From contig NZ_JAUMZV010000001.1 in NCBI RefSeq assembly GCF_030527935.1, forward strand, positions 32,054 to 64,053: a stretch of 32,000 bases of DNA, written 5' to 3'. A model generated the notes under the pieces. It worked only from the letters and a program-made list of their open reading frames with translations. It was not told the origin of the DNA and ran no database searches. Both the position numbers and the translations under genes were made by a program. Of the stretch, positions 1-8,310 are shown piece by piece (the stretch's first letter is position 1; every line of letters begins with the position of its first letter). The DNA comes from Kingella sp. (in: b-proteobacteria) (GTDB taxonomy: Bacteria; Pseudomonadota; Gammaproteobacteria; Burkholderiales; Neisseriaceae).

Positions 1-327
1 TTGCCCGATGAGTTGCCCAAAGGCACGCCCTGCCCTGTTTCGCTGGTGGGCAAGTGTTCCGCCGCTTGCGAAACGGGCGATTTGGACGCGCATAATCGGG
101 CGGTGGCGGCGGCGTTGCCGTTTTTGCCGCTGATGGATTGGTCGCGCACGCCACGAGTGGATGTTACCGAGCGCGATGGGCTATCGGGACAGGAAGTGGC
201 GTTGCGCTGCGACAGCGGCGCGGTGTGGCTGCCCGAGCAGGTGTGGTTTTGCGATAAGGAAGTGCTGGCGGTGATGAAGCGGAAGTTTAAGGCGCAGAAA
301 GGGCGCGGGGAGGTTAGGGCAGCCTGA
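1..327 (+). CDS. hypothetical protein, C-terminal part (open at the window edge)
   Basis: The frame is open from position 1 to a TGA at 325-327 that lies inside a DUS copy. No domain is recognisable by eye, and the true start may lie upstream of the window. Confidence 0.3.
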   Translation: MPDELPKGTPCPVSLVGKCSAACETGDLDAHNRAVAAALPFLPLMDWSRTPRVDVTERDGLSGQEVALRCDSGAVWLPEQVWFCDKEVLAVMKRKFKAQKGRGEVRAA

Positions 328-467
328 AAAGGCAGCCTGAAATGCTGTTTGGCAAGACTCAATGCTTTGCTTATTTGGGTAAAGTTGCTTGTATGGCTTA
401 ACGCGATTGCCTTAATATGCGCCCAGCGTTGCCGCGTTGGCATCGTGTAAACACAAGGAGTCATACG

Positions 468-779
468 ATGAAATCTGATTTTGAAGCGCAAAAACAAGCC
501 TTGCTGGGCGAAATCCGCACCGTGTTAAACGAAGTGGAAAACTTGTATCAATCGGGCGTGGAGCGCAGCACGGAAGAAACGCAGGCGTTGAAAACCCGCT
601 TGCAAGCGCGTTTGGGCACGGCGCAGGAAAAATTGCAACACTTGGAAACCCGCGCGGTGGAACAAGTGAAACACCATGCGCAACGCGCGGATGAATACAT
701 CAACGAAAAACCGTATTACGCGATGGGCTTTGCGGCGTTGGCGGGCTTGGTGGTGGGCGTGTTGTTGAACCGCAAATAA
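468..779 (+). CDS. DUF883 family membrane-anchored ribosome-binding stress protein (ElaB/YqjD/YgaM-like)
   Basis: ATG 468 lies 7 nt after AAGGAG. The 103-aa product has a helical N-part and a C-terminal hydrophobic anchor GFAALAGLVVGVLLNRK, as in ElaB/YqjD. YqjE-like and YqjK-like genes lie downstream. Confidence 0.8.
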   Translation: MKSDFEAQKQALLGEIRTVLNEVENLYQSGVERSTEETQALKTRLQARLGTAQEKLQHLETRAVEQVKHHAQRADEYINEKPYYAMGFAALAGLVVGVLLNRK

Positions 780-909
780 GCGATGCGTTTTCAGGCTGCC
801 GCTGTGTGCGCCGCCTTGTAAACACACAATAGAAACAGCGCAATCAACCCGTATTCATCACGCATGAATACGGGTTCTGCATAAATTGGCGTAAGATTGC
901 CACCATCAT

Positions 910-944
910 TTTCAGGCTGCCTAACCGCATCAGGCAGCCTGAAA
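910..944. terminator. DUS inverted-pair hairpin
   Basis: TTTCAGGCTGCCT (910-922) and AGGCAGCCTGAAA (932-944) form a 13-bp stem with a 9-nt loop. It lies downstream of the DUF883 gene. Confidence 0.4.
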
Positions 945-962
945 TGGGTCAATTGATTTGAC

Positions 963-1187
963 GTGGCGTATGGCGGCAAGGACATCGCCGCGTTAAACAA
1001 AGAGTTGGGCTATAAAGCAGGCACGGAATTTGAACCATCTGATAACTGGGGCTTTGCCCAAGGCGACTTGCTGTTTGAGTTTCAGCACGATTGGGGCAAG
1101 CATACGATTATCATCCCAGCGGCGAAGCTGCGCGGCATCATCAAACCGCAATTTTTGTGCGAGATGGATGACTTTCGGGCGGAATAG
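963..1187 (+). CDS. hypothetical small protein or orphan gene fragment
   Basis: This 74-codon ORF opens only at a GTG directly after a DUS hairpin and has no SD. It is bracketed by DUS pairs on both sides and may be a remnant. Confidence 0.25.
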   Translation: MAYGGKDIAALNKELGYKAGTEFEPSDNWGFAQGDLLFEFQHDWGKHTIIIPAAKLRGIIKPQFLCEMDDFRAE

Positions 1188-1243
1188 TGGATTACGGTTT
1201 TCAGTCTGCCTTGGTTAGGTTAGAGGCAGCCTGAAACCTAAAA

Positions 1244-1330
1244 ATGGAGCGGCGACGGCTCGTCGCCAAATGGTGTATTCAACAGAGTTTTACGAGTTAG
1301 CCAAATGTCGGCGAGCCGCCGACGCTCCAC
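1244..1330. repeat. palindromic repeat family 2, full copy
   Basis: The terminal inverted repeats are ATGGAGCGGCGACGGCTCGTCGCC and GGCGAGCCGCCGACGCTCCA. Related copies lie at 18451-18535 and 21968-21995. Confidence 0.6.
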
Positions 1331-1434
1331 CAATTGCAGGTTTTGCAAAGATTTCAGACTGCCTTTGCACTATGAGGCAGCCTGAAACCGATAGCAAACA
1401 CCGAATAATTTAAACAACATAAAGGCAGCCTGAA

Positions 1435-1875
1435 ATGGGTATCAAACAAGATTTAGCCACATTAAAAACCGTGGCTGCGCAAGGCAGCGAATTGTTGCTG
1501 CTGCGGCTGCGCGTGTTGCAAATGGATGTCAACGAGCAGATGCGCGGCGTGTTGATGATTGCTGCGCTGATTGCTGCGGCGGCGGTGCTGCTGCTGGTGA
1601 TGCTGGTGGCGGTGCTGCTGGGACTGAATGTGGTACTGACGGCGCAGGCGAAGATGTGGCTGTTTTTTGGCGTGGCAGCGGCGAGCGTGCCTGCGATGTG
1701 GCTGTTGCTGTGGCGCATTCCACGCATTTGGCAGCGCAACACGGCGCAGATACAGCAAACGCTTGCCGCCTTGCAACAAGACTTGGCAGCACTTTCAGGC
1801 AGCCTGAAAGCAGGCGAAGCGGACGCGGATAGCAACCAATCCCAACCCACAGGAGCATCGCGCGATGTTGAGTAA
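1435..1875 (+). CDS. YqjE/DUF1469-like inner membrane protein (annotated in databases as phage holin family protein)
   Basis: The 146-aa product has two central hydrophobic helices (LMIAALIAAAAVLLLVMLVAVLLGL and LFFGVAAASVPAMWLLLW). Its position between DUF883 and YqjK-like genes mirrors E. coli yqjD-yqjE-yqjK. Confidence 0.7.
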   Translation: MGIKQDLATLKTVAAQGSELLLLRLRVLQMDVNEQMRGVLMIAALIAAAAVLLLVMLVAVLLGLNVVLTAQAKMWLFFGVAAASVPAMWLLLWRIPRIWQRNTAQIQQTLAALQQDLAALSGSLKAGEADADSNQSQPTGASRDVE

Positions 1876-2155
1876 ACAAGAACAACGAGAATTGTTGCTG
1901 CTGCAATGCGATTTAGCCCGCGCCAAACTGCGCTACACGCAGCAACAAGCGGCGCAACGCAAGCAGGCAGCGCAGGCAAAATCGGGTGGCGTAGCTTGGC
2001 AACTGGCGGATGTGGCGGGCGAGGTGGTGCGCCATTCGGATGGCTTGAAGCTGGCGATGTTGCCCGCCAAATGGAACCATCGCGCGGCGGTGTTGCTGGG
2101 GCTGATGGCGTTGGAATGGGCGGAACGCTGGGCAACGGGCAAGCGCGGGAAATAG
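1865..2155 (+). CDS. YqjK-like protein
   Basis: ATG 1865 overlaps the upstream gene end by 11 nt. The 96-aa product has an N-terminal coiled coil (QRELLLLQCDLARAKL) and sits in the third position of the yqjDEK-type operon. Confidence 0.55.
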   Translation: MLSKQEQRELLLLQCDLARAKLRYTQQQAAQRKQAAQAKSGGVAWQLADVAGEVVRHSDGLKLAMLPAKWNHRAAVLLGLMALEWAERWATGKRGK

Positions 2156-2250
2156 CGGAAAGCGGGTTTCAGGCTGCTGGATGGCATAAGACAGCCTGAA
2201 AACCAAAAAAAACGCCTGAAAACGGCATTAGATTTCAGGCTGCCTACCAA

Positions 2251-2531
2251 ATGGCAAAGACCGCGTGCGTGGCAAAGCCACACACCCTACCTATGCAGGC
2301 TACGCTTGCTAAAAGTGGAACAGCAACATGGACAGCTGGCTCTGGGCACGTCAAAGCTACTAATAATGCGACTGAATCATCTCAATCACAAGCAACACGA
2401 GCTCAACCAAAAAGACCTACACCAAGAGAATCAGAAATTCATGTAGGTAAAACTCTGCCGCCAAATGCATATGCACAAGTAAGTTATTTGAATGGTAAAG
2501 AAGTTCCTTATGGTACAAAAGGCAGCCTGAA
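2251..2531 (+). pseudogene. possible remnant of a polymorphic-toxin C-terminal nuclease-like domain
   Basis: This patch is AT-rich in a GC-rich context. The translation ...PRESEIHVGKTLPPNAYAQVSYLNGKEVPYGTKGS runs straight into a DUS pair. The E-x-x-V ... QV ... G-x-EV-x-YG pattern is reminiscent of restriction-endonuclease-fold toxin tips. This call is speculative. Confidence 0.2.
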
Positions 2532-2558
2532 AACGGCTAAACCACGTTTCAGGCTGCC
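2521..2558. terminator. DUS inverted-pair hairpin
   Basis: GGCAGCCTGAAAACG and CGTTTCAGGCTGCC pair with one bulged A. Confidence 0.4.
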
Positions 2559-2564
2559 CAACCT

Positions 2565-2593
2565 TTGCCCATCCCCACCCCGCGCGGTACAAT
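2565..2593 (+). promoter_or_regulatory. candidate sigma70 promoter for hldA
   Basis: TTGCCC (2565-2570), a 17-nt spacer, then TACAAT (2588-2593), 33 nt upstream of ATG 2627. Confidence 0.35.
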
Positions 2594-2626
2594 CCCCACC
2601 CTATTTCCTTGTTCTCGGAGCGCAAA

Positions 2627-3577
2627 ATGCCCAACTTGATGCCCGCCCTATCCCGTTTCCAGGCTGCCAAAGTGCTGGTGGCAGGCGATGTGATGCTAGA
2701 CCAATATTGGTTTGGCGATGTATCGCGCATTTCGCCCGAAGCCCCCGTGCCCGTTGCCAAAATTGGGCAAACCGAGCATCGCGCGGGCGGTGCGGCGAAT
2801 GTGGCGCGCAATATCGCCGCGCTGGGCGGGCAGGTTGCGCTATTGGCGGTGGTGGGCGAAGATGAAGCCGCCGATAGCCTTGCCCATCTGCTTGCGCAGG
2901 ACAACATCGCCAACCATTTGATTCGCAGCCACGATGCGCCCACCACGCTTAAACTGCGCGTTTTGTCGCGCAATCAACAGCTTATCCGTTTGGATTTTGA
3001 AAAAATGCCCGATTTAGGCAGCCTGAAAAGCGTGCAGCAACGCTATGCCGAGTTGGTTGCGCAATACGATGCCGTGATTTTGTCGGACTACGGCAAAGGC
3101 GTGTTGCACGAAGTCGCCGCCATGATTGCCGCCGCCCGCGCCGCTGGCAAGCCTGTGTTAATCGACCCAAAAGGCGCGGATTTCAGCAAATATGCGGGTG
3201 CCACGCTGCTCACGCCCAACCGCGCCGAATTGCGCGAAGCCGCTGGCGGCTGGGAAAACGAAGCGGGCTTAACCGCCAAAGCGCAAGGTTTGCGCGAAAC
3301 ACTGGGCTTGGATGCGCTGCTGGTAACGCGCAGCGAAGAAGGCATGACGCTTTACCGCGCCGATGGGCAAACCCACCAGCCTACCCGCGCCCAAGAAGTG
3401 TATGACGTATCGGGCGCGGGCGACACCGTGATTGCCGCGATGGGGCTATGCCTTGCCGCTGGCTACACACTGCCCGAAGCCATGCACACGGCAAATGCGG
3501 CGGCGGGCGTGGTGGTTGCCAAGCTGGGCACGGCGGTGTGTTCGTTTGCCGAGTTGGAACAGGCGTTGGCGGCGTAA
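2627..3577 (+). CDS. hldA: D-glycero-beta-D-manno-heptose-7-phosphate kinase (RfaE domain I type, ribokinase/PfkB family)
   Basis: ATG 2627 lies 6 nt after GGAG. The product carries KVLVAGDVMLDQYWFGDVSRISPEAPVPV and the PfkB motif DVSGAGDTVIAA. It is kinase-only in length, as in the Neisseria split HldA/HldC arrangement. Confidence 0.9.
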   Translation: MPNLMPALSRFQAAKVLVAGDVMLDQYWFGDVSRISPEAPVPVAKIGQTEHRAGGAANVARNIAALGGQVALLAVVGEDEAADSLAHLLAQDNIANHLIRSHDAPTTLKLRVLSRNQQLIRLDFEKMPDLGSLKSVQQRYAELVAQYDAVILSDYGKGVLHEVAAMIAAARAAGKPVLIDPKGADFSKYAGATLLTPNRAELREAAGGWENEAGLTAKAQGLRETLGLDALLVTRSEEGMTLYRADGQTHQPTRAQEVYDVSGAGDTVIAAMGLCLAAGYTLPEAMHTANAAAGVVVAKLGTAVCSFAELEQALAA

Positions 3578-3588
3578 ATTCTATTTTA

Positions 3589-3748
3589 GAACCTGTATTC
3601 ACTATTTTCATAGGCAGATTTGATGGCATAAAAGCGTGGATACAAGGCAAAAAGCACAGCAAGGTTGGACACCTTGCGCGCATTTTTAACGCGGTAGCCG
3701 CGTTTTTAGGGCATAAAAGATGACTATGAAAATAGTGAATACAGGTTC
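3589..3748 (+). mobile_element. 160-bp MITE, copy 1
   Basis: The terminal inverted repeats are GAACCTGTATTCACTATTTTCATAGG and CCTATGAAAATAGTGAATACAGGTTC. The copy is flanked by direct TTA (3586-3588 and 3749-3751) and is near-identical to four other copies in the window. Confidence 0.85.
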
Positions 3749-3776
3749 TTAGTTTCGCAGAAGCCCGTAAACTCGC

Positions 3777-3818
3777 TTTCAGGCTGCCTTGTTATCACGC
3801 CCCAAAGGCAGCCTGAAA
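3777..3818. terminator. DUS inverted-pair hairpin
   Basis: TTTCAGGCTGCCTT and AAGGCAGCCTGAAA form a 14-bp stem with a 14-nt loop. Confidence 0.4.
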
Positions 3819-3835
3819 CCCCAAAACATCCCATC

Positions 3836-4267
3836 ATGAAACCTGCTTATCTTTTTCTACTACTCTCCGCGCTGGGCACTTGCGCCTACCACATCGGACA
3901 AAAATCGCTGAACAACGAACACGCCAATCCCATGCTGATGCTGAATTTAATCTACGGCGCGGCATGGCTGATGACGCTGCTGCTGATGCCGCTGTTTGGC
4001 GAAGCCCGCGCCGCCGATGCCACCACGCTGCTGGGCGGCTGGAAAATTTGGCTGGTGGCGGGTGGCACGATGATTATTGAGCTGGGCTTTTTGCTGACGT
4101 ATCACGCGGGCGGCGCGGTGCAATAGTCGGGCATGGCGGTGGCGGGCATGGCAGCGTTGATGCTTGCGCCCACGGGCATGCTGCTGTTTGGCGAGCCGTT
4201 TTCGTGGCACAAGGCGTTGGGCGTGGTGCTGACGTTAAGCGGGCTGGCGTTGATTGCGCATAAATAG
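3836..4267 (+). pseudogene. small EamA/DMT-type 4-TM membrane protein interrupted by an in-frame TAG
   Basis: The 96-codon ORF ends at TAG 4124-4126. The same frame then continues for 46 codons to TAG 4265-4267, ending with the EamA-like tail GEPFSWHKALGVVLTLSGLALIAHK. Confidence 0.6.
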
Positions 4268-4284
4268 GCAGCCTGAAAACCATA

Positions 4285-4324
4285 AGGCAGCCTGAAATAG
4301 CCAACCCCCGTTTTCAGGCTGCCT
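4285..4324. terminator. DUS inverted-pair hairpin, preceded by a third direct DUS at 4266-4277
   Basis: AGGCAGCCTGAA (4285-4296) pairs with TTCAGGCTGCCT (4313-4324). Confidence 0.4.
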
Positions 4325-4354
4325 AACCATCTTTATTTATCAAGGAGTAACCCC

Positions 4355-5356
4355 ATGACCATCATCGTAACAGGCGCAGCAGGCTTTATCGGCAGCAACA
4401 TCGTCAAAGCCCTGAACCAGCGCGGCGAAACCAACATCATCGCCGTGGACAACCTAACCAACGGACACAAATTCCGCAACCTAGCCGATTGCGACATCGC
4501 GCATTATCTGGACAAACACGAATTTATCCGCCAAGTGCGCGAACACCTGCTGCCACACGACATCCGCGCCGTGTTCCACCAAGGCGCGTGCAGCAACACC
4601 ATGGAACACAACGGGCAATACATGATGGAAAACAACTACCAATACAGCCTAGATTTGCTGGATTGGTGTCAAGACGAGCGCATCCCGCTGCTTTACGCCA
4701 GCAGCGCAGCAGTGTATGGCAAAGGCGAAGACTTCCGCGAAGAGCGCGCGCTGGAAAAACCGCTCAACGTGTATGGCTACTCCAAATTCCTGTTTGACCA
4801 AGTGGTTCGCCAGCGCATCGCGCAGGGCTTAACCGCCCAAGTGGTCGGCTTTCGCTATTTCAACGTTTACGGCATGCGCGAGCAACACAAAGGGCGCATG
4901 GCATCCGTCGCCTTTCACCATTTCAACCAATACCGCCGCCAAGGCTATGTAAACCTGTTTGGCGCATACGAAAACTACGGCAACGGCGAGCACAGCCGCG
5001 ATTTCATCAGCGTGGAAGACGTTGCCAAAGTTAATCTCTATTTTTGGGACAACCCCGCCCAATCAGGCATTTTCAACTTGGGCACAGGGCGCAGCCAGCC
5101 GTTTAACGACCTTGCCGCCGCCACCGTAAACGCCTGCCGCGCCGCCGAAGGCAAGCCCACATTGTCATTAGAACAACTGGTAGAACAACAACTTATCCGC
5201 TACATCCCCTTCCCCGAAGACTTGGTGGGCAAATACCAATCGTTCACCCAAGCCGACACCAGCAAGCTGCGCGCCGCAGGCTATGCCGATGATTTTTACA
5301 CCGTAGAACAAGGCGTAGCACGTTATGTGGCTTGGCTGCTGGAAAATGCAGAATAG
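4355..5356 (+). CDS. hldD: ADP-L-glycero-D-manno-heptose 6-epimerase
   Basis: An AGGAG RBS precedes the start. The 333-aa product has the Rossmann motif [12 protein letters not shown] and the SDR catalytic motif YGYSK, with end-to-end similarity to RfaD/HldD. Confidence 0.95.
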   Translation: MTIIVTGAAGFIGSNIVKALNQRGETNIIAVDNLTNGHKFRNLADCDIAHYLDKHEFIRQVREHLLPHDIRAVFHQGACSNTMEHNGQYMMENNYQYSLDLLDWCQDERIPLLYASSAAVYGKGEDFREERALEKPLNVYGYSKFLFDQVVRQRIAQGLTAQVVGFRYFNVYGMREQHKGRMASVAFHHFNQYRRQGYVNLFGAYENYGNGEHSRDFISVEDVAKVNLYFWDNPAQSGIFNLGTGRSQPFNDLAAATVNACRAAEGKPTLSLEQLVEQQLIRYIPFPEDLVGKYQSFTQADTSKLRAAGYADDFYTVEQGVARYVAWLLENAE

Positions 5357-5417
5357 GCAGCCTGAAAGCGAGTTTACGAGCTTCTGCGAAGCGAAAATGG
5401 GTTTTAGGCTAAGACCT

Positions 5418-5586
5418 TTGCAAAACCTAAAAATGCCACAAGAAATAGTCAATGCTCCGTCATTCCCGCGTAGGCGGGAATCTTGGTAGAGTTTGTGCAA
5501 TGAATTGTTTCTGCGAAAATTTCTGAATATCAAACAAGATTCCCGCCTGCGCGGGAATGACGGCATTTCTTATTTTTCAGGCTGCC
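5418..5586 (+). repeat. NIME-like mosaic repeat with two dRS3-type inverted units
   Basis: ATTCCCGCGTAGGCGGGAAT (5462-5481) and ATTCCCGCCTGCGCGGGAAT (5539-5558) fit the ATTCCC-N8-GGGAAT dRS3 pattern. The right 60 bp is nearly identical to the copy at 24919-25085. Confidence 0.7.
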
Positions 5587-5764
5587 GCTGGGGGTTTTGC
5601 AAAAGTTTCAGGCTGCCTTTGTATGATTGGGCGGGATGAGCAACGGTTATCTTGCTTAAATCAGCCCAACTATTCAGCAACACCATTCGCGCCTAAACGC
5701 CCATCATCAGGCAGCCTGAAACACCCATTTCAGGCTGCACTCCCCATCTCTCCTTCTCCCCACC

Positions 5765-8089
5765 ATGCTACTCCGCCATCTCTACACACTCTTCACCCTA
5801 CTGCTCTGCCTGTTTCTCGCCTACACCGTTGCCACCCGCAACTGGCTGCAAACCGACCTGACCGCCCTGCTCCCCGCCGAGCAGCAGCCCGACGCGCTGC
5901 TGGTTGCCGCCGATAAAGCAGGCGAAGCGCAGCTCAATGAGCAGATTGTCTTGCTCGCTGGCAGCGCGAATGCGGAACACGCTTTTCAGGCTGCCGATGC
6001 GATTGCGGCGAAATGGCGCGAAAGCGGCGTGTTTGAGTCGGTGGACAGCAGCATCACGCCCGATTTGGACAGCGTGCGCGCCGATATGCAGCGTCTGGCG
6101 TTGGCAACGCTGCCGCAGGAGCAGGCGAATCTGTTGACGGACAATCCCAAGCAGTATTTCCAAGCCCGCGCCGAAGATGCGGCGAACCCGTTTGCCGCCG
6201 TCTCGCCCTTGTCGCTGGAACAGGACTGGCTGGGCTTCGGGCGGTTTGTGGCAGCAAAAGCCAATCCGCAGAGCCGTTTGCAGTGGAATATGGACAACGG
6301 CATGTTGTTCACCGAAGCGGACGGCAAAACGTGGGTGTGGCTGCGCGGCCGTCTGAAAACGGGCAATAACTTTTCGGGCAACGACCGCCTGCTGCCGCTG
6401 ATAAACAACAGCCGCGCCATCGCGCAACAGCACGGCGCGGAAACGCTTGCGGCGGGCGGTGCGCTGTTTGCCGCCGCGTCCAAATCCGCCGCCGAAGCGG
6501 AAAGCCAAACCATGAGCTTGTTCGGCACGCTGGCAACGTTCGCGCTGCTGCTGTGGGTGTTCCGCAGCCTGCGCGTGTTCTGGCTGGCGTTGCCGCTGGC
6601 GGCGGGCATGCTCACGGGGCTGGCGGCGGCGTTGGCGGTGTTCGGCGAAGTGCATATTTTGACGATTGTGATTGGCACGAGCTTGGTCGGCATGCTGGTG
6701 GATTTTCCGCTGCATTGGCTTGCGCCGTCCGTATTCGGCGCAAACAGGCTTTCAGACGACCTTTCGGCAAAATGGTCGTCTGAAAGCGCGATGAAACACG
6801 TTCTGCCCAGCTTTGCCGTGAGCCTGACGATTACCGTGTTGGGCTACGCGCTGCTGTGGCTCACGCCGCTTGCCGTGTTGCGCCAAACCGCCGTGTTCTC
6901 GGGCTTCGCGCTCTTGGGCGCGTTCGGCGCAACCGTGTTGTGGCTGCCGCCGCTGTTTCGCCGTTATCAGGCAAAAACCGTGCCGTTTACGGGTTTGACG
7001 GAAAGCCTGCTCCGCCTGCAAGGTCGTCTGAACAAGCGTCTGCACAAACGCGGCTGGCTGGTATTGGGCGGCATATTCTTGGCGGCGGGCTTGTGGCGCA
7101 GCGACTGGCGCGACGACATCCGCCAATGGGTCAATATGCCGCCCGAAATGCTGGCGCAAGTGCAGCGCATCGGCGAATTGAGCGGCACCGATTTCGGCGG
7201 CCGCTACATCGTTGCCGAAGCCGACAGCGAAGACGCGCTGCTGGCCAAAAACGCCGAACTCAACCGCGCCCTGCAACCGCTCATCGTCCAAGGCAAACTC
7301 GGCGGCACGCAGTCGCTGGACCAATTTGTGATGCCCGTATCCGAACAGGAAAAACTGCAAAACCGCCTGCGCGAACTCGCCAAGCAGCCTGAAAATTGGC
7401 AGCCGCTTGCCGACATCGGCATACCGCGCCAAACCCTGCGCCAAGCCCTGAACCAAGCCGCCGACACACCGCCACTTATGCTTTCAGGCAGCCTGAAAAC
7501 CCAGCTCGCCCAAGCATGGCAGCCGCTGTATTTGGGCGAAGTGGAACGCGGACGCTACGCCGCCGTCGTGCGCCTGAACGGCGTAAGCGACGAAGCCGCC
7601 GTCCGCGCCGCCGCGCAAAGCGTTTCGGGCACACATTGGGCAGACAAACGCGCCCATCTCAACGACCTATTCCACCACACGCGCAACCAAGCCGCATGGC
7701 TCAAACTCGCGTCCTACGCGCTGGCATGGCTGCTCTTGTGGCAGATGTTCGGCGCAAAACGCGGCAGCAAAATCCTTGCCGTGCCGCTCGCTGCCGCCGT
7801 CTGCACCGTTGCCGCGCTCGGCTGGCTGGGCATACCCGTGAGCCTGTTCGCCATGTTCGGGTTGCTGCTCGTTTCCGCCATTGGCGCGGACTACGCCGTC
7901 TATGCGCTCACCGCCAAACACCCCGCCAACGCACGGCTGGGCGGAATGCTGCTCGCTGCCGCCACGACTGCCATTTCCTTTGCCCTGCTTGCATTGAGCA
8001 GCACGCCCGCCGTCGCCGCATTCGGGCTGACGGTAACCATCGGCGTGGGGTTTAATCTCTGGCTGGCAGGGGCGTTGTTGGAGGATTGA
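5765..8089 (+). CDS. MMPL/RND-superfamily exporter of the aryl-polyene cluster (ApeM-like)
   Basis: The 774-aa product has two blocks of multiple TM helices separated by large soluble regions. The size and the neighbouring DUF3261 and KS genes match APE clusters. Confidence 0.85.
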   Translation: MLLRHLYTLFTLLLCLFLAYTVATRNWLQTDLTALLPAEQQPDALLVAADKAGEAQLNEQIVLLAGSANAEHAFQAADAIAAKWRESGVFESVDSSITPDLDSVRADMQRLALATLPQEQANLLTDNPKQYFQARAEDAANPFAAVSPLSLEQDWLGFGRFVAAKANPQSRLQWNMDNGMLFTEADGKTWVWLRGRLKTGNNFSGNDRLLPLINNSRAIAQQHGAETLAAGGALFAAASKSAAEAESQTMSLFGTLATFALLLWVFRSLRVFWLALPLAAGMLTGLAAALAVFGEVHILTIVIGTSLVGMLVDFPLHWLAPSVFGANRLSDDLSAKWSSESAMKHVLPSFAVSLTITVLGYALLWLTPLAVLRQTAVFSGFALLGAFGATVLWLPPLFRRYQAKTVPFTGLTESLLRLQGRLNKRLHKRGWLVLGGIFLAAGLWRSDWRDDIRQWVNMPPEMLAQVQRIGELSGTDFGGRYIVAEADSEDALLAKNAELNRALQPLIVQGKLGGTQSLDQFVMPVSEQEKLQNRLRELAKQPENWQPLADIGIPRQTLRQALNQAADTPPLMLSGSLKTQLAQAWQPLYLGEVERGRYAAVVRLNGVSDEAAVRAAAQSVSGTHWADKRAHLNDLFHHTRNQAAWLKLASYALAWLLLWQMFGAKRGSKILAVPLAAAVCTVAALGWLGIPVSLFAMFGLLLVSAIGADYAVYALTAKHPANARLGGMLLAAATTAISFALLALSSTPAVAAFGLTVTIGVGFNLWLAGALLED
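6748..6787. repeat. Neisseria-dialect DUS inverted pair embedded in-frame in the MMPL CDS
   Basis: GCTTTCAGACGACC (6748-6761) and GGTCGTCTGAAAGC (6774-6787) form a perfect 14-bp stem with a 12-nt loop. The segment is translated as LSDDLSAKWSSES. Confidence 0.85.
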
Positions 8090-8096
8090 TGCAAAA

Positions 8097-8151
8097 GATC
8101 GTCTGAAAGCGGTAAATGCATCTTTCAGACGGTCTTTCAGTCTGCTTTTTT
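8097..8151 (+). terminator. terminator built from a Neisseria-dialect DUS pair
   Basis: GATCGTCTGAAAG pairs with CTTTCAGACGGTC (one mismatch), followed by TTTCAGTCTGCTTTTTT. It starts 8 nt after the MMPL stop codon. Confidence 0.6.
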
Positions 8152-8260
8152 CATTGAAGTAAAGCAAATCGGGCATTATCCGTGCATCAATACCCAACCC
8201 ACTCAACAAAAAGCAGCCTGAAACCCCATTCCCCCATTTTCAGGCTGCCTTGCAAGATCC

Positions 8261-8266
8261 TATAAT
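8261..8266 (+). promoter_or_regulatory. candidate -10 box upstream of the halogenase gene
   Basis: A perfect TATAAT lies 45 nt upstream of ATG 8311, and AAAGGAG sits 7 nt before the ATG. I found no convincing -35. Confidence 0.3.
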
Positions 8267-8310
8267 TACGCCTTTATGCCAAACCATTTATCTGCGAAAG
8301 GAGTTTCATT

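Noticed and set aside
1410-2135. A 241-aa ORF on the minus strand overlapping the yqjE-like and yqjK-like genes
   Set aside because: It is antisense to two genes with family-typical features. Its Pro/Ala/Ser-rich low-complexity translation is typical of shadow ORFs in GC-rich DNA.
2251-2865. A 204-aa ORF treated as an intact gene
   Set aside because: It runs through a DUS pair and the hldA promoter and overlaps hldA out of frame. Only its AT-rich 5' part is reported, as a possible remnant.
3381-3723. ORFs reading through MITE copies (3381-3683 minus, 3448-3723 plus, 19878-20144 minus, and the first 47 codons of 11814-12491)
   Set aside because: The same peptide (MRARCPTLL..FLPCI..MKIVNTGS) recurs because the repeat happens to be open in that frame. 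These have no RBS and are not independent genes.
5798-8055. Long alternative-frame ORFs inside the MMPL gene (5798-6715 minus, 6752-7456 minus, 7396-8055 plus)
   Set aside because: Their Arg/Gln/Ala-rich translations have no domain features. The 774-aa plus-frame product is a coherent multi-TM exporter, so these are GC-driven shadow ORFs.
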